Below, in pieces: positions 48,717 to 58,997 of a stretch of DNA of 64,000 nt (position 1 is its first letter; each line of letters opens with the position of its first letter). The notes under the pieces were generated by a model, which made no database searches, was not told the origin of the DNA, and was given only the letters and a program-made list of their open reading frames with translations. The stretch lies in sequence record ON922919. The stretch is one strand, 5' to 3'. The DNA comes from Escherichia phage vB_EcoM_PD205. The position numbers and the translations under genes are program-made.

Positions 48717-50027
48717 TTAGAAAGTTAGACCACCATACTTACTGGCAAGATTGCCATAAAACACTACTCGCTTACGGGCACGAGACACAGCGACGTAAAG
48801 CAGACGAGCAACCATATCCGGTTGGCGACAGCTTGAGAGGTCATCTGCATCAATGAAGATTGTGTCGTAAGTAGAGCCTTGTGATTTATGGACAGTACAT
48901 GCATGAGTAGCACGTAGGTCTGGAATGGTTTCTTTAAGACGGAAGTAAGGTTCCCAGTTCTTCTCCTTACCTAGCCACTTAACCAAACGGTTGAAGTATT
49001 CTGGGTCGGTAGGTACTGGGACTTCACTTACAATACCACCATAGCCAAGGTCCAGAGTACTATCACGGACTTCCAGTTCCAGGTCACCTGTAACCTGAAT
49101 CATGCGAGTACTGCTATCCTGGTCGATGAGTTTTACGTCTTGCTCGATAGACAGACGGTCTTCCACACCTAAGCGAACAGCAGAGTTAGAAACTAACTGT
49201 TCACCGATGGAGTACTCACCCACGTAACCATTGGCTTCACGAATGTAGTTATTGTAATTAATAACCTGGTCATTTGTGTAAGCAACAATACGGCTGTTGG
49301 TGGGTTGAGTGAAGTGACTGAGAACCAGTTTCTCCATCTCTTCCCCCTGTACCCAGTCAATAATGCCTGGGATACACTTAATAGGCAGGAAACCTGTCTT
49401 ACCTTCCACCGTATCACGTAATTGTTGGTTCAATGCTTTGAGTTCAGGTACATCGGTACGCATCTGTTCAGTCAGATAGTGTGTTGGGATATTACCTGCA
49501 TATACCGGAGACTTATTCTCTTTAACAGGCAGAAGCTGAGAAGCATCACCTACGAATACCAGCTTACACTGGTGAGTACCTTCACGAGCATACTTAAGTA
49601 ACTGACGGTCAATCATGGATGCTTCATCTACGAAGATGATTTTGTTCTTCTTAATATTGAATGATTTGGACGGTACGACATTAGCCTCACCAGTCTTAAA
49701 GTCATTCTTAACAATCAATCCCTGGAAGGAATGATAGGTAGACGTTGGACGTCCAGTAGCCTGAGCCAGAACTTCAGCAGCTTTGTTCGTGGTCGCAGTC
49801 ATAACAACTTCGTTATACAGGGGCTTGGTTCCCATAAGGGAGCAAGTTTCCATATATGCAGGCATTGTGTCGTCAATGAGGTGCGACATCAGGAATGTCT
49901 TGCCAGTTCCCCCAGGGCCACTAATATTGAATTCGGTAGCATTAGGGTTGAGCAGGAAGTCGAAGAACTCCTTCGCAACCGCTTCTTGCCCCTTGTTCAG
50001 TGGGGCTTTGGTAGGTTTGGAAAACAT
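48717..50027 (-). CDS. SF1 DNA helicase (Dda/RecD-like)
   Basis: 436 aa; Walker A GPGGTGKTF, Walker B IIFVDEASMI. Confidence 0.7.
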   Translation of the reverse strand: MFSKPTKAPLNKGQEAVAKEFFDFLLNPNATEFNISGPGGTGKTFLMSHLIDDTMPAYMETCSLMGTKPLYNEVVMTATTNKAAEVLAQATGRPTSTYHSFQGLIVKNDFKTGEANVVPSKSFNIKKNKIIFVDEASMIDRQLLKYAREGTHQCKLVFVGDASQLLPVKENKSPVYAGNIPTHYLTEQMRTDVPELKALNQQLRDTVEGKTGFLPIKCIPGIIDWVQGEEMEKLVLSHFTQPTNSRIVAYTNDQVINYNNYIREANGYVGEYSIGEQLVSNSAVRLGVEDRLSIEQDVKLIDQDSSTRMIQVTGDLELEVRDSTLDLGYGGIVSEVPVPTDPEYFNRLVKWLGKEKNWEPYFRLKETIPDLRATHACTVHKSQGSTYDTIFIDADDLSSCRQPDMVARLLYVAVSRARKRVVFYGNLASKYGGLTF

Positions 50028-50060
50028 TAAAATCTCCAGTAAAAAACTCTCCGTAGAGGG

Positions 50061-50528
50061 TTAGATGTAAGGGGTTAAATCCGGGGGAGTGTAGTCTTTC
50101 CCTTTCATAACTTTCATATTCTCATTGAAGACAGGTTCCCCATCTTCAAACTTAGAATAGTTTGAGCGATTAACTTCAGCCAATGCTCCAGGGACATTCA
50201 TCCCAAGGAAAGTACCGACGCCAGTTGCTGTAACAATCTGGTCTGCCAGTGAATCCAGCAAAGCCAAGCGATTGCTATTTGCTGGGAAGATGGCCATGTG
50301 GTCTGCTTTCATCAGCAGAGATAATTTACCCAAAGCAGCCTGTGCATCGGCTAACACTTGCATACTATCCTCGCAGGATGGGGTCAACTCATCTAACATT
50401 TCACATACTTCTTCCAGATGACAACCAATCTGGGTACTAATGTTCTTACTTGTTGGATTTGCTACTGCTTTCCGGAACCAGGCTTCCGTATTTGCCAGCG
50501 TACAAACGGATGAACTTGTCATGCTCAC
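50061..50528 (-). CDS. possible MazG-like nucleotide pyrophosphohydrolase
   Basis: 155 aa; acidic helix HLEEVCEMLDEL resembles the EExxE..D metal-binding motif. Confidence 0.3.
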   Translation of the reverse strand: MSMTSSSVCTLANTEAWFRKAVANPTSKNISTQIGCHLEEVCEMLDELTPSCEDSMQVLADAQAALGKLSLLMKADHMAIFPANSNRLALLDSLADQIVTATGVGTFLGMNVPGALAEVNRSNYSKFEDGEPVFNENMKVMKGKDYTPPDLTPYI

Positions 50529-50841
50529 TCTCTTGGTTAAGGTGGCGATTATTATATGCCTCCAGAATCAAGTCTCTTACATATGAGCGAATCTCATAAG
50601 CAGGACCAACTTGTTCTGACAGCCAATCAGCCACATGGGTTGGTAAAGGTCGTAATACGTTTTCCATGAACGTCCGACGTGTGTCGGCTGGTTCAATGTT
50701 TAGAGAACGCAATCGCAAAGTGACTGTGGTTGGGTGAACCCCCAACGTCTTAGCGATAGTTGCGAGGGACAGACCAACAGCATTCATACGAATGATGTCT
50801 TCATCAGTTGCTTTGCGATTACTTCTGAATACTTTAGACAT
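50446..50841 (-). CDS. HTH DNA-binding protein
   Basis: 131 aa; VGLSLATIAKTLGVHPTTVTLRL is a typical helix-turn-helix. Confidence 0.45.
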   Translation of the reverse strand: MSKVFRSNRKATDEDIIRMNAVGLSLATIAKTLGVHPTTVTLRLRSLNIEPADTRRTFMENVLRPLPTHVADWLSEQVGPAYEIRSYVRDLILEAYNNRHLNQESEHDKFIRLYAGKYGSLVPESSSKSNK

Positions 50842-50903
50842 AGCTTATTTCCTCTTCAAAGATAGCCTCACTTTATTATAAGTGAGGCTATTTGAACAGG
50901 CTA

Positions 50904-52952
50904 TTACTTAAGGTGGTGCTTCAGCTTATCAATAGCTTTACACTCTTCTTCAGTAAGACCCATAGCAGCATATGACTTCTTAGCTGCACGTTTCAGGTCA
51001 TGAATGGAGTGGGCTTTCTGATAATCGGACATACCACTATCTGCTAGGTAACCTCTGATGATGTTGGCATTAGTGCTATTAATAGCTGGCTTAGATTTAG
51101 TAGGTTTAACTGTCTTATCCTGCTTAACAGCTTTAGGTTTACCAATAGGCTTAGCTGTATAGGTTGCACGTACATCAGCAATCTTAGCTACTACATCATT
51201 ACCCACATCGAATAAAGCCCAAGGCTTACGAGCTTTACCACGCAGTTCTACCAGAAGGTCAGCAGCAGCTAATTTATCTTCTGGTGTTGTTGCATTAAGG
51301 AACTCTTTTACTAGTTCCTGGATTTGTTCTTTCACAGTAGGAGCCTTCTTAATAACAGGTTTAAGGTCAGTAGCCTTCACTGGTTCAGCAGCTACAGCTT
51401 CATTCAGTGACTCTTCCATATTCAGTGCTTCTTTACTAGCAACTGTACGAAATTGTTCTACGGAACCAGACGTGAGATTAGTGTATTTGAGGTTAGTACC
51501 ATAATGACCACCAACCATAATAAGTGTGGTAGGTGAACTATGATTCCCAACGATGGCATCATTAAGTAACTTCTTACCTACTTCTGTCTTAGACAGGTAG
51601 ATACCGTTGTTAACGTTATTACGTTCCTCTTCTGGTAGTTCAGCAATAATATGATATGCAGATACACGCATCTTATCGGTGCTGTACTCAGGAACAGCAA
51701 ATACATCTTCTGGTGCTACTTTACCAAGGATAGTTACATCACCACCGAAGCTACGGATATAGCTCATAGATGCTACATGTAGACCATTAGAGCAGTCCTG
51801 ACGACGGTCAGGGTCTACCAGGTCTTCACGCACCTGCACTTTACAGCCTACCCATTGACGAATGTTACCTGAGTGACAGTCAACGAATACACGCTTACCA
51901 CCATTTACCTCTTTATAGTTCAGACGTTTCAGGAACAGGATTGAACCATCATCAGCAATAGGTAGCTCAGCAGTCTCCATGAATTTCATCAGGTCTTCTA
52001 CTGAGTGCAGACGGTCTTTAATAACCGGAGCCAGACGCTCAAGGAACTTAGTAAAGCCCTTGTAGTCTTTCAGCTGGGCAGACTGACGTAAGTGACGATG
52101 CAGGTTTTCAACTCCCGGGATAACCCCATTGTTGGTAACAGCAACAACCACTTCATCTTCTTTCACATCAGTGTGGAAATTAGCATCATCAGTACTGATA
52201 GCCCCCAATGCAGCCAGCTTCTCGGAAGCAGCAGCCAGCTTATCCTGGTTCGTAGTTTTAGCTACTTCCACATAGGGTAGTGGCGTTTCATCACGACTGG
52301 TAAATACAATGTGTACTCCTTTGATGTGTTTAGCTTGCTTAGCAAACTCACCCATTTCATCATCGGATACTGCACGAATTGCAATGGGCCATTCTTGTGC
52401 AAGAGTACGGTTGGTATGATCATAACCACAACGTAGCACGTCATTGATAAAACGAACCAGTGCAGGATGGTTATGGTCTTTGTCCCAACCAGTAACCCAC
52501 ATCAGGTTGTCACGTTTGTCATAACAACCGTCTGCTACCGTTACTTCTGGTTCATTAGCCTGTACAGCCAGGAAGGTATCCATAGCTTTAGATACTAATG
52601 TCTTAGTAGGATTGCCTAGCTTAATATCTGAGACGATTTGGGCAGGTTGAACACCTGTACCATCCTGGAAGAACTCTTTGAGTTTCGCTTTAGTTACCTT
52701 GAAGAAACGTACGAATCCGTTAGTGTTCTTCTCTGCTTCCAGATATTCAGTACGCAGGCTTACTTCTGGTGCAATGTTTACTTCTATCCGGTCTTTGGTA
52801 GTTCCCAGACCTTTGGTTTGTGCTTCGGATACAATACGAGCAACTCGTGGGTCGCTCTGTGGATATACAATTGTGGAGCCATCAGGCTTCCACAGTGTAA
52901 GGTTACGACTGTCAACTGCCAGTGCGATGATAGAAATCAGTTCGATTTTCAT
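50904..52952 (-). CDS. large hypothetical protein, rIIB-like by position only
   Basis: 682-aa ORF immediately downstream of the GHKL-ATPase (rIIA-like) gene. Confidence 0.3.
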   Translation of the reverse strand: MKIELISIIALAVDSRNLTLWKPDGSTIVYPQSDPRVARIVSEAQTKGLGTTKDRIEVNIAPEVSLRTEYLEAEKNTNGFVRFFKVTKAKLKEFFQDGTGVQPAQIVSDIKLGNPTKTLVSKAMDTFLAVQANEPEVTVADGCYDKRDNLMWVTGWDKDHNHPALVRFINDVLRCGYDHTNRTLAQEWPIAIRAVSDDEMGEFAKQAKHIKGVHIVFTSRDETPLPYVEVAKTTNQDKLAAASEKLAALGAISTDDANFHTDVKEDEVVVAVTNNGVIPGVENLHRHLRQSAQLKDYKGFTKFLERLAPVIKDRLHSVEDLMKFMETAELPIADDGSILFLKRLNYKEVNGGKRVFVDCHSGNIRQWVGCKVQVREDLVDPDRRQDCSNGLHVASMSYIRSFGGDVTILGKVAPEDVFAVPEYSTDKMRVSAYHIIAELPEEERNNVNNGIYLSKTEVGKKLLNDAIVGNHSSPTTLIMVGGHYGTNLKYTNLTSGSVEQFRTVASKEALNMEESLNEAVAAEPVKATDLKPVIKKAPTVKEQIQELVKEFLNATTPEDKLAAADLLVELRGKARKPWALFDVGNDVVAKIADVRATYTAKPIGKPKAVKQDKTVKPTKSKPAINSTNANIIRGYLADSGMSDYQKAHSIHDLKRAAKKSYAAMGLTEEECKAIDKLKHHLK

Positions 52953-52956
52953 CAGA

Positions 52957-55521
52957 TTAGTTACCTTTCAGTTTATTTAGACGATTACGGTAGAGGGACT
53001 TAAACCCAGGAATATCCTCTGGATTCTTCTTGAGGTGTTTGACTAAACTGCCTAAGTCCAGCGTCTGTAGGATGTCATTTTTATTCCAGCTATAACTGAA
53101 TAATTCTTTGTAATCATTAAATACTTTAAAGTACTTATGGTTACGGGGATTAACCAGTTTTACATATGGCTCTAAGTCATCAACTGACTTAATACAACCC
53201 ATTTCAACAAGTTTTTCTTTGTTGTCGTGTGGTCGATTTCGTAAAAAGTCATATGCCCATTCATACTCTGGTTTGAAAATCAGATTCTGTAAGGGTTTGA
53301 AGGTTAGACCCAGTATGTCGAGGATTTCCCAATACTCTCTGTCATCCAGTCCTACGTATTCCAGAATACCAATACGGTGTTCAGTAACATATTTCTTGAA
53401 GCCTTTGCTGGTAATAACAGGCATCAATTCGTTAAAGCGAACATCATCAATGTGGATAGCACCACGACGCTTAGCCTTGTTAGCTTCGATTTGATTACGG
53501 CAGACAACAGTCTCTGCTTTCATCTCATCAGATAACTCATACCATTTCCACATGGTTCCAATACTGGCAGTTACTGGGCTACCTGAACCAACCTGATTGG
53601 CTAGTACGTAGTACTTAGGTTGCTCTACTTCAATGAAACCATACTTTTCATGGCGACTTGGGTCAGCAAATTCCTTCTGAATATACGGCTTGGGTTCCCA
53701 ATCTCCATTTTCATTCCGTACCTGGGTAGCACCAAGAACTGCATTCAATGAAATCAGAGCATTAGTTTTACCCCCTGCTTTGGTTTTATTGGTAGCTATC
53801 GTTTTAGCCCGTTTCTCAGCAGCTATCTTAGCCTGCTCTCTACGGAAGTTAGTTGGTTTGTCCCACTCATTGTATTGAGTAAGGTCAATTACCCGATAAC
53901 CCATAGCAGTGAACTTAGCTACAGCTTCTTCTGCTGCACCCTTCTTAGGACCAACGACGTGAACAAAAGCTGTACGCTCCAGGTCACCTCGGTTGTATTC
54001 AGGGAAGTATGAGAAAGAGTCTGCACAATCAGATAAACGTCGGGTAACTACAACGTTCTTGGTAGTAAATATGCCAATACTCTGATGGGAGTTAAGATAC
54101 GTCTTAAAGTAGTAAGTAAGATTACTCTTTACCAGATCTACAGTGTTACCTTGATTCATTATGTAACCAGACCACCTAACACCAGAAGCTTTTAAAGCAG
54201 CAAGCTGGGGTAAATGTAGATGACGGTATACTAAATCCTGAAATAATAATGCACTGTCTGTACGAGTATGCTTAAGAGCACGCATAGCCTTACCATACAG
54301 TTTCTTAAGACCTGCATACTCAGGGCGAGCTAATAACGCCTTATTGGATAGGTTACGCCAGTGTTTGATGTGATGCTTACGTTGCTTAGCCCATAAACTG
54401 GAGGACATATAACGTTGAACAATTGGGTCTGTAACAGCACTTAGGAATGATGGATATTCCCAAAAGCGAGTAGAGGATTTGGAGGCGTATTCTTCAGCTT
54501 GCTTAATAGCTTCAGGAATCTTAGCCTTAATCTCTTTCTCCATACGGTCTACTAAATCTACGCATAGAGTAGTAATACCATCGTCGGTTAACTTCTGGTT
54601 AGACAGTGTTTCACGACTAGGAGCAATAGCTAGAGTATCCGGTGCAGCCTGAACTACTAAATTAGATGCTCCAATAATATTCATGAAGTTGAGGATAAGA
54701 CCTACAGCTTCTTCACTAGCTGGACTGGATACTATTGGGTACATTACGTTACCATAACGAACGAATATGTTACTGTTACCCATATAACCCTGATACCAGC
54801 TATCAGACATATCATATGAACCGGGTTCAAATGACATACCTAGCGTATTCAGTAGAGTGTAGTCACCTTGCTGAATACTATTTCCTGCTTCTGTTTTAAC
54901 TAGTTTAGGAATGCTAAGTTCAGCTTTAATCTCACCGTTAAATACGATTGATGTGATGTAATGCACGAAGGTATTTACGTCATGCTTACCTAACTGGAAT
55001 TTAACTTCCAGACCAGATTCCTCAGTAGGAATATTGGTAACAATAGGAACAATGCCAGGCTTACCATCATTCTCAATCGCAGCCTTAGCTACGTTATATA
55101 CTGACATCTTTCCTTGGTTCCATGAAGTAACCTGAAAGCTATCTGTATAAGCGAATGGAGATTTACACCCCAGACCAAAGCCACCAGTAACACTACTGTT
55201 GGACTTCTTAGTAGATGCACCATAGACACCATAAATGGAACCAATGAGTTCATCCGGGATTCCATTACCATAGTCACGGAAGGTAATAAAGTTGTCTGTA
55301 TCAATGGTGATACGAATAGGAGTATCAGTCTTACCTGCTTCAATATGAGCATCCCAACTATTACAGATAGTTTCACGAACTACTGCCAAAGTGGGATTGT
55401 TATACAGGGAAGTACTTAATACATGAAAGAATGCCGGGTCATCAGAGATGCCAAAGGCAATTGTTTCTTTGCCACCCAGTGTCGCTGAGGTAGCTATTTC
55501 GTTGGTATCTGCAACTAACAT
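52957..55521 (-). CDS. GHKL-family ATPase protein, rIIA-like
   Basis: 854 aa; N box ETICNSWDA, G1 box RDYGNGI, G2 box GGFGLGCKS in N-terminal 120 aa. Confidence 0.55.
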   Translation of the reverse strand: MLVADTNEIATSATLGGKETIAFGISDDPAFFHVLSTSLYNNPTLAVVRETICNSWDAHIEAGKTDTPIRITIDTDNFITFRDYGNGIPDELIGSIYGVYGASTKKSNSSVTGGFGLGCKSPFAYTDSFQVTSWNQGKMSVYNVAKAAIENDGKPGIVPIVTNIPTEESGLEVKFQLGKHDVNTFVHYITSIVFNGEIKAELSIPKLVKTEAGNSIQQGDYTLLNTLGMSFEPGSYDMSDSWYQGYMGNSNIFVRYGNVMYPIVSSPASEEAVGLILNFMNIIGASNLVVQAAPDTLAIAPSRETLSNQKLTDDGITTLCVDLVDRMEKEIKAKIPEAIKQAEEYASKSSTRFWEYPSFLSAVTDPIVQRYMSSSLWAKQRKHHIKHWRNLSNKALLARPEYAGLKKLYGKAMRALKHTRTDSALLFQDLVYRHLHLPQLAALKASGVRWSGYIMNQGNTVDLVKSNLTYYFKTYLNSHQSIGIFTTKNVVVTRRLSDCADSFSYFPEYNRGDLERTAFVHVVGPKKGAAEEAVAKFTAMGYRVIDLTQYNEWDKPTNFRREQAKIAAEKRAKTIATNKTKAGGKTNALISLNAVLGATQVRNENGDWEPKPYIQKEFADPSRHEKYGFIEVEQPKYYVLANQVGSGSPVTASIGTMWKWYELSDEMKAETVVCRNQIEANKAKRRGAIHIDDVRFNELMPVITSKGFKKYVTEHRIGILEYVGLDDREYWEILDILGLTFKPLQNLIFKPEYEWAYDFLRNRPHDNKEKLVEMGCIKSVDDLEPYVKLVNPRNHKYFKVFNDYKELFSYSWNKNDILQTLDLGSLVKHLKKNPEDIPGFKSLYRNRLNKLKGN

Positions 55522-55564
55522 TTATTTACTCTCCAGATTAAATGTTGCTTCTTGGTTATGACTA

Positions 55565-55816
55565 TTAAGAATCTAATGCTGATTTACAGGATTCAAAGAT
55601 TACTTTACGTAATTCCCGTTCTTTTTCTGGTTCCTCATGAGGACTGTAACCAAAAGGACTGTTTTGCATAAAACTAGCCAGAATTAGTAAATCTTCTTCA
55701 GATAGACCATCAATAGTGATGGAGTATTGGTTTTTGCTTTTTACTGTAGCGTTAGCCATTTCGTTTCCCCGCCATTGCTTGTAATACAAACACAGCCATA
55801 TCTGATGCCATGTCAT
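55565..55816 (-). CDS. hypothetical protein
   Basis: 83-aa ORF. Confidence 0.3.
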   Translation of the reverse strand: MTWHQIWLCLYYKQWRGNEMANATVKSKNQYSITIDGLSEEDLLILASFMQNSPFGYSPHEEPEKERELRKVIFESCKSALDS

Positions 55817-56126
55817 CTGTTATATCGTTGACCGTCCCATAAGGAAGTGGGCCGTTCTCTTCCCAGTTATCTAATGTGTTTTGTACTTCAGCTAAACCAG
55901 CCTGAATCATTTCCTTACTTGGCTCCAGCCATAACTTGCGTTCCTCTGCCAGTGCAGCGATGCACATACATAGAGAGGCAATGTTTGCTGGACAAGCAGC
56001 AATATCACCGGTTACTGCAATCTCACTAAGTGGAACAGCCTTACCGGTTTTACTATGAATTACTTCAGGATTAATCATGGATTTGCTCCAGGTTATGGGC
56101 AGGGATAGGGAAGCATGGATAGTCAC
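55752..56126 (-). CDS. hypothetical protein
   Basis: 124-aa ORF. Confidence 0.3.
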   Translation of the reverse strand: MTIHASLSLPITWSKSMINPEVIHSKTGKAVPLSEIAVTGDIAACPANIASLCMCIAALAEERKLWLEPSKEMIQAGLAEVQNTLDNWEENGPLPYGTVNDITDDMASDMAVFVLQAMAGKRNG

Positions 56127-56283
56127 CTGTAGGGTCCAGTGTTACTGATACATGCAATGTATTTGTCATTTGGGTTAGCATCTGAGCAGCATTGAAATCA
56201 TCCTGAATACAGGCATATACAATGTCACCCTTCTCACCCTCACACATTACAGGTGTGTCTTTAATACGGTATTTAGCAGGCAT
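56071..56283 (-). CDS. hypothetical protein
   Basis: 70-aa ORF directly after a terminator. Confidence 0.3.
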   Translation of the reverse strand: MPAKYRIKDTPVMCEGEKGDIVYACIQDDFNAAQMLTQMTNTLHVSVTLDPTGDYPCFPIPAHNLEQIHD

Positions 56284-56312
56284 AAACCCTCCTAAAAGAG
56301 TTAATTGAAACC

Positions 56313-56339
56313 AAAAAAAGACCTCCCGGAGGAGGTCTT
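56313..56339 (-). terminator. intrinsic terminator
   Basis: AGACCTCC-CGGA-GGAGGTCT hairpin preceded on + strand by AAAAAAA. Confidence 0.75.
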
Positions 56340-56343
56340 AGGT

Positions 56344-56583
56344 TTACTTACGATTTTGTTCTACAAATCGTATCATTTGTTTTTTTACTTCTTCTTGCTC
56401 ACGAATCGCTTCGTAGTCGCGAGCAATATAGTAAATACACCATAAACCAACCTCACTTACGAAGAACAGAATACTAGCTTGAAAGAACTGCATATCTGTT
56501 TCTAATGTAAAGGCGACTTTGTATGCGAAGATTAATGTGAGTAGGGCACTAGTTAGCATTGCGTACAGAGCTAGTTTTTTCAT
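56344..56583 (-). CDS. small membrane protein (two TM helices)
   Basis: 79 aa with two hydrophobic segments. Confidence 0.4.
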   Translation of the reverse strand: MKKLALYAMLTSALLTLIFAYKVAFTLETDMQFFQASILFFVSEVGLWCIYYIARDYEAIREQEEVKKQMIRFVEQNRK

Positions 56584-57524
56584 TCAGTAATAGTCTCACC
56601 AGGAATTAATTTACGGAATTGGATAAAGTGAAGCAGGTTACCTGAATACAGATTCCCTTCTTTATCCATGGATGTAACACCTTGTTCCCATGTAACTGGG
56701 TTCATGTTATTCACATATTTCTCACCAAGGTTCATAGGTGTAGCTTGATGTTCCGTTGGAGAAGCATGAATAGGTTGGTTTTCTACTAACTTAGCAAATA
56801 AGACAAGGTCTTCTTCGATAGTAGATGGGCGTCCTTCAAAGTTGTTATAGGAAGCACGAGCACAACGTGCAGCACTTACTTTGAGAAGTAAGCTATACAC
56901 TTCTGTACTACTTGGCTCATCACGAGTAATTCGCCGATGTTTGTAGAAATTGTAAGCAGCACTACGATCAGGAAAGCCAATGTAAGGTAGATGCCACTCA
57001 CCCAGGGACAGCTTAGATGGAACACTTTCATTCTGAGCCTTACGCATTGCTTGAGCTAGTTCACGAATTTCTGGTTGTGCATCTTTGTGGTCACGCAGTC
57101 CATAGAAGTTAGCCCAGCTAGTTGAAGTTACCACTACACGGATATGTGTGAATGGTTCCAGAATACGGTTAACAATCTGCTTATGTACTTGCCCACGACG
57201 AAGGATTTCAGCATAGATAGCTGCACTTGTAGCAGCTTGTTGCCATGCAAATGTAGCGTCTACAATCTCCAAAGGAGTGAGTTCTTCCTCTGCTTGCATA
57301 CCTTTCTGGTTCTTCCCCCAGTAACTAGGCATCACTGGTTCATTACGAACCTGTTCAATTAGCTTAGAGGTGGGAATAGCACGACTGCTTGAGGCATTAC
57401 GGTTAAATACACGGTGAGTCATGAACTCACTGTGAATGAATCGGGGATAAACCAGTTCAAAGGTTGTGATACGGGTTCCTGTTTCTGGATGAACGGAATC
57501 TGCAATTACTGATGCCTTAATCAT
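56580..57524 (-). CDS. possible flavin-dependent thymidylate synthase (ThyX-like)
   Basis: 314 aa; segment THRVFNRNASSSR loosely fits the ThyX RHR...S...S.R signature. Confidence 0.3.
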   Translation of the reverse strand: MIKASVIADSVHPETGTRITTFELVYPRFIHSEFMTHRVFNRNASSSRAIPTSKLIEQVRNEPVMPSYWGKNQKGMQAEEELTPLEIVDATFAWQQAATSAAIYAEILRRGQVHKQIVNRILEPFTHIRVVVTSTSWANFYGLRDHKDAQPEIRELAQAMRKAQNESVPSKLSLGEWHLPYIGFPDRSAAYNFYKHRRITRDEPSSTEVYSLLLKVSAARCARASYNNFEGRPSTIEEDLVLFAKLVENQPIHASPTEHQATPMNLGEKYVNNMNPVTWEQGVTSMDKEGNLYSGNLLHFIQFRKLIPGETITE

Positions 57525-57967
57525 TAGAATGACCTTAGATAGTTGGTGATACCACTTCTCGTCTCTGTGATTCTCTTAACCTGAACATATACCAGCTTAA
57601 ACTCACTACGAGGTAGTTCTTGTAATACTGCTACACCTTCAGTAAGAGCCACAGAACACGCTACAGCGGTTTCTTTTTTAAAGGAGTACAAGTCTTCATA
57701 CATGAGGGCTTCATACTCTTTACGGAGCATACAGAGAGCATTTCTTGCCTTATCACTTACTTCTCGTGAACCAGCAGACATAGCTAAGCTGTATATGATA
57801 AAGACTTGTTCGAAAACAAAGTCCAGTAATCTATCAGGGTTGTTAGTCCCCATAAATAATTTTGTTATGTAGGAACGGGCTTTACGGTTGAGTTCATACT
57901 CATCCTCTATACCTTTATTATACAGAACAGGATTTCGTTCCCTTTTTCTTAGGAATGGGATACGCAT
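57524..57967 (-). CDS. hypothetical protein
   Basis: 147-aa ORF, start overlaps upstream stop. Confidence 0.35.
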   Translation of the reverse strand: MRIPFLRKRERNPVLYNKGIEDEYELNRKARSYITKLFMGTNNPDRLLDFVFEQVFIIYSLAMSAGSREVSDKARNALCMLRKEYEALMYEDLYSFKKETAVACSVALTEGVAVLQELPRSEFKLVYVQVKRITETRSGITNYLRSF

Positions 57968-58347
57968 TAGTATTTACTACCTCTTCTATACCAGGGGTAG
58001 TGGTGGGTAGTGCTCTTACCTTTGAACACATCCTTAGTACGAGGATTCTTTTGTATTTGAGCCAGATAAAGTTGCGTATCATCCTTACATGGGTTAAGCC
58101 AGAACTTATCTATGATTCGGTCTACCTTAGATTTCAGATGTGGTTCTGGAGGAATGTATGAAGGAAAAGGTCTGGTAGTAGTCCATTTTTTCTGAATAAG
58201 AGTCTGCATTGTTGCATAAAGATCTAATTCAATTTCACTCGCCACTTGGTCATGGATAGTTTTACCCAAAGCAAGCATTGCAGTTTGTTCTAGTTTACTT
58301 AAGTCCAGCCCATACAAGATAGACTTACCATTTTGTCTGTTTGTCAT
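57967..58347 (-). CDS. hypothetical protein
   Basis: 126-aa ORF. Confidence 0.35.
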   Translation of the reverse strand: MTNRQNGKSILYGLDLSKLEQTAMLALGKTIHDQVASEIELDLYATMQTLIQKKWTTTRPFPSYIPPEPHLKSKVDRIIDKFWLNPCKDDTQLYLAQIQKNPRTKDVFKGKSTTHHYPWYRRGSKY

Positions 58348-58363
58348 AAGAGTACCTGTAATT

Positions 58364-58390
58364 AAAAAAGCCCACGGGTTAGGTGGGCTT
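58364..58390 (-). terminator. intrinsic terminator
   Basis: AAGCCCAC...GTGGGCTT hairpin preceded on + strand by AAAAAA. Confidence 0.6.
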
Positions 58391-58462
58391 GGGTTAGGAG
58401 ATGGATAAGCAATGAGCTGGAAGTATCTTCCAGTAATAGCCTCGTGAGACTATTACGGTTAA

Positions 58463-58741
58463 CTACTCTGCTTTACTGCCACCATTGGTTTGAACAACAG
58501 TTACATTCGTAACCTGGTTCTGACCTTTGTTGGACAGTGCCCAAATAAGTGCTACTACCCAGAATACTAGTGACCAGCCTAATACGATATTGAGCACACC
58601 AATACCCCACTTAGAGGCATGGCCTCGTGCAAAAGCAATGATAGTAGGGATAAGGTATACAGCTAATACAAACAACATAACAAGGATTGCTGCTAAAGAT
58701 TCCATGATGGTTCCTATGTGGGGTTGAGTTAGTTTCTTCAC
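58463..58741 (-). CDS. superinfection-immunity-like small membrane protein
   Basis: 92 aa; two TM helices; AFARGHASKWGIGVLNIVLGWSLVFWVVALIWAL resembles the Imm_superinfect family signature. Confidence 0.45.
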   Translation of the reverse strand: MKKLTQPHIGTIMESLAAILVMLFVLAVYLIPTIIAFARGHASKWGIGVLNIVLGWSLVFWVVALIWALSNKGQNQVTNVTVVQTNGGSKAE

Positions 58742-58778
58742 AAATAGCCCAACTATGCTGGGCTATTTAGGCAGCTAC

Positions 58779-58988
58779 TTACTCAGCATCTTTGCTTGCA
58801 GGAGCAAGAGCTTTCTTCAGGTAATTACGTACCGAACGATAGGTTTCTTTGGTGTCCATAGTACTATCATTTACGAATGTGATACGTGCACAATCAGACA
58901 GTGGAATTTGTTCCACTCCTACTACATTTGCAGCATTAATGGTTACACGTACATCTGAGGTTGCATGAGTTACTTGAAATACTGACAT
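58779..58988 (-). CDS. hypothetical protein
   Basis: 69-aa ORF. Confidence 0.3.
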   Translation of the reverse strand: MSVFQVTHATSDVRVTINAANVVGVEQIPLSDCARITFVNDSTMDTKETYRSVRNYLKKALAPASKDAE

Positions 58989-58997
58989 GTTGTTTCC

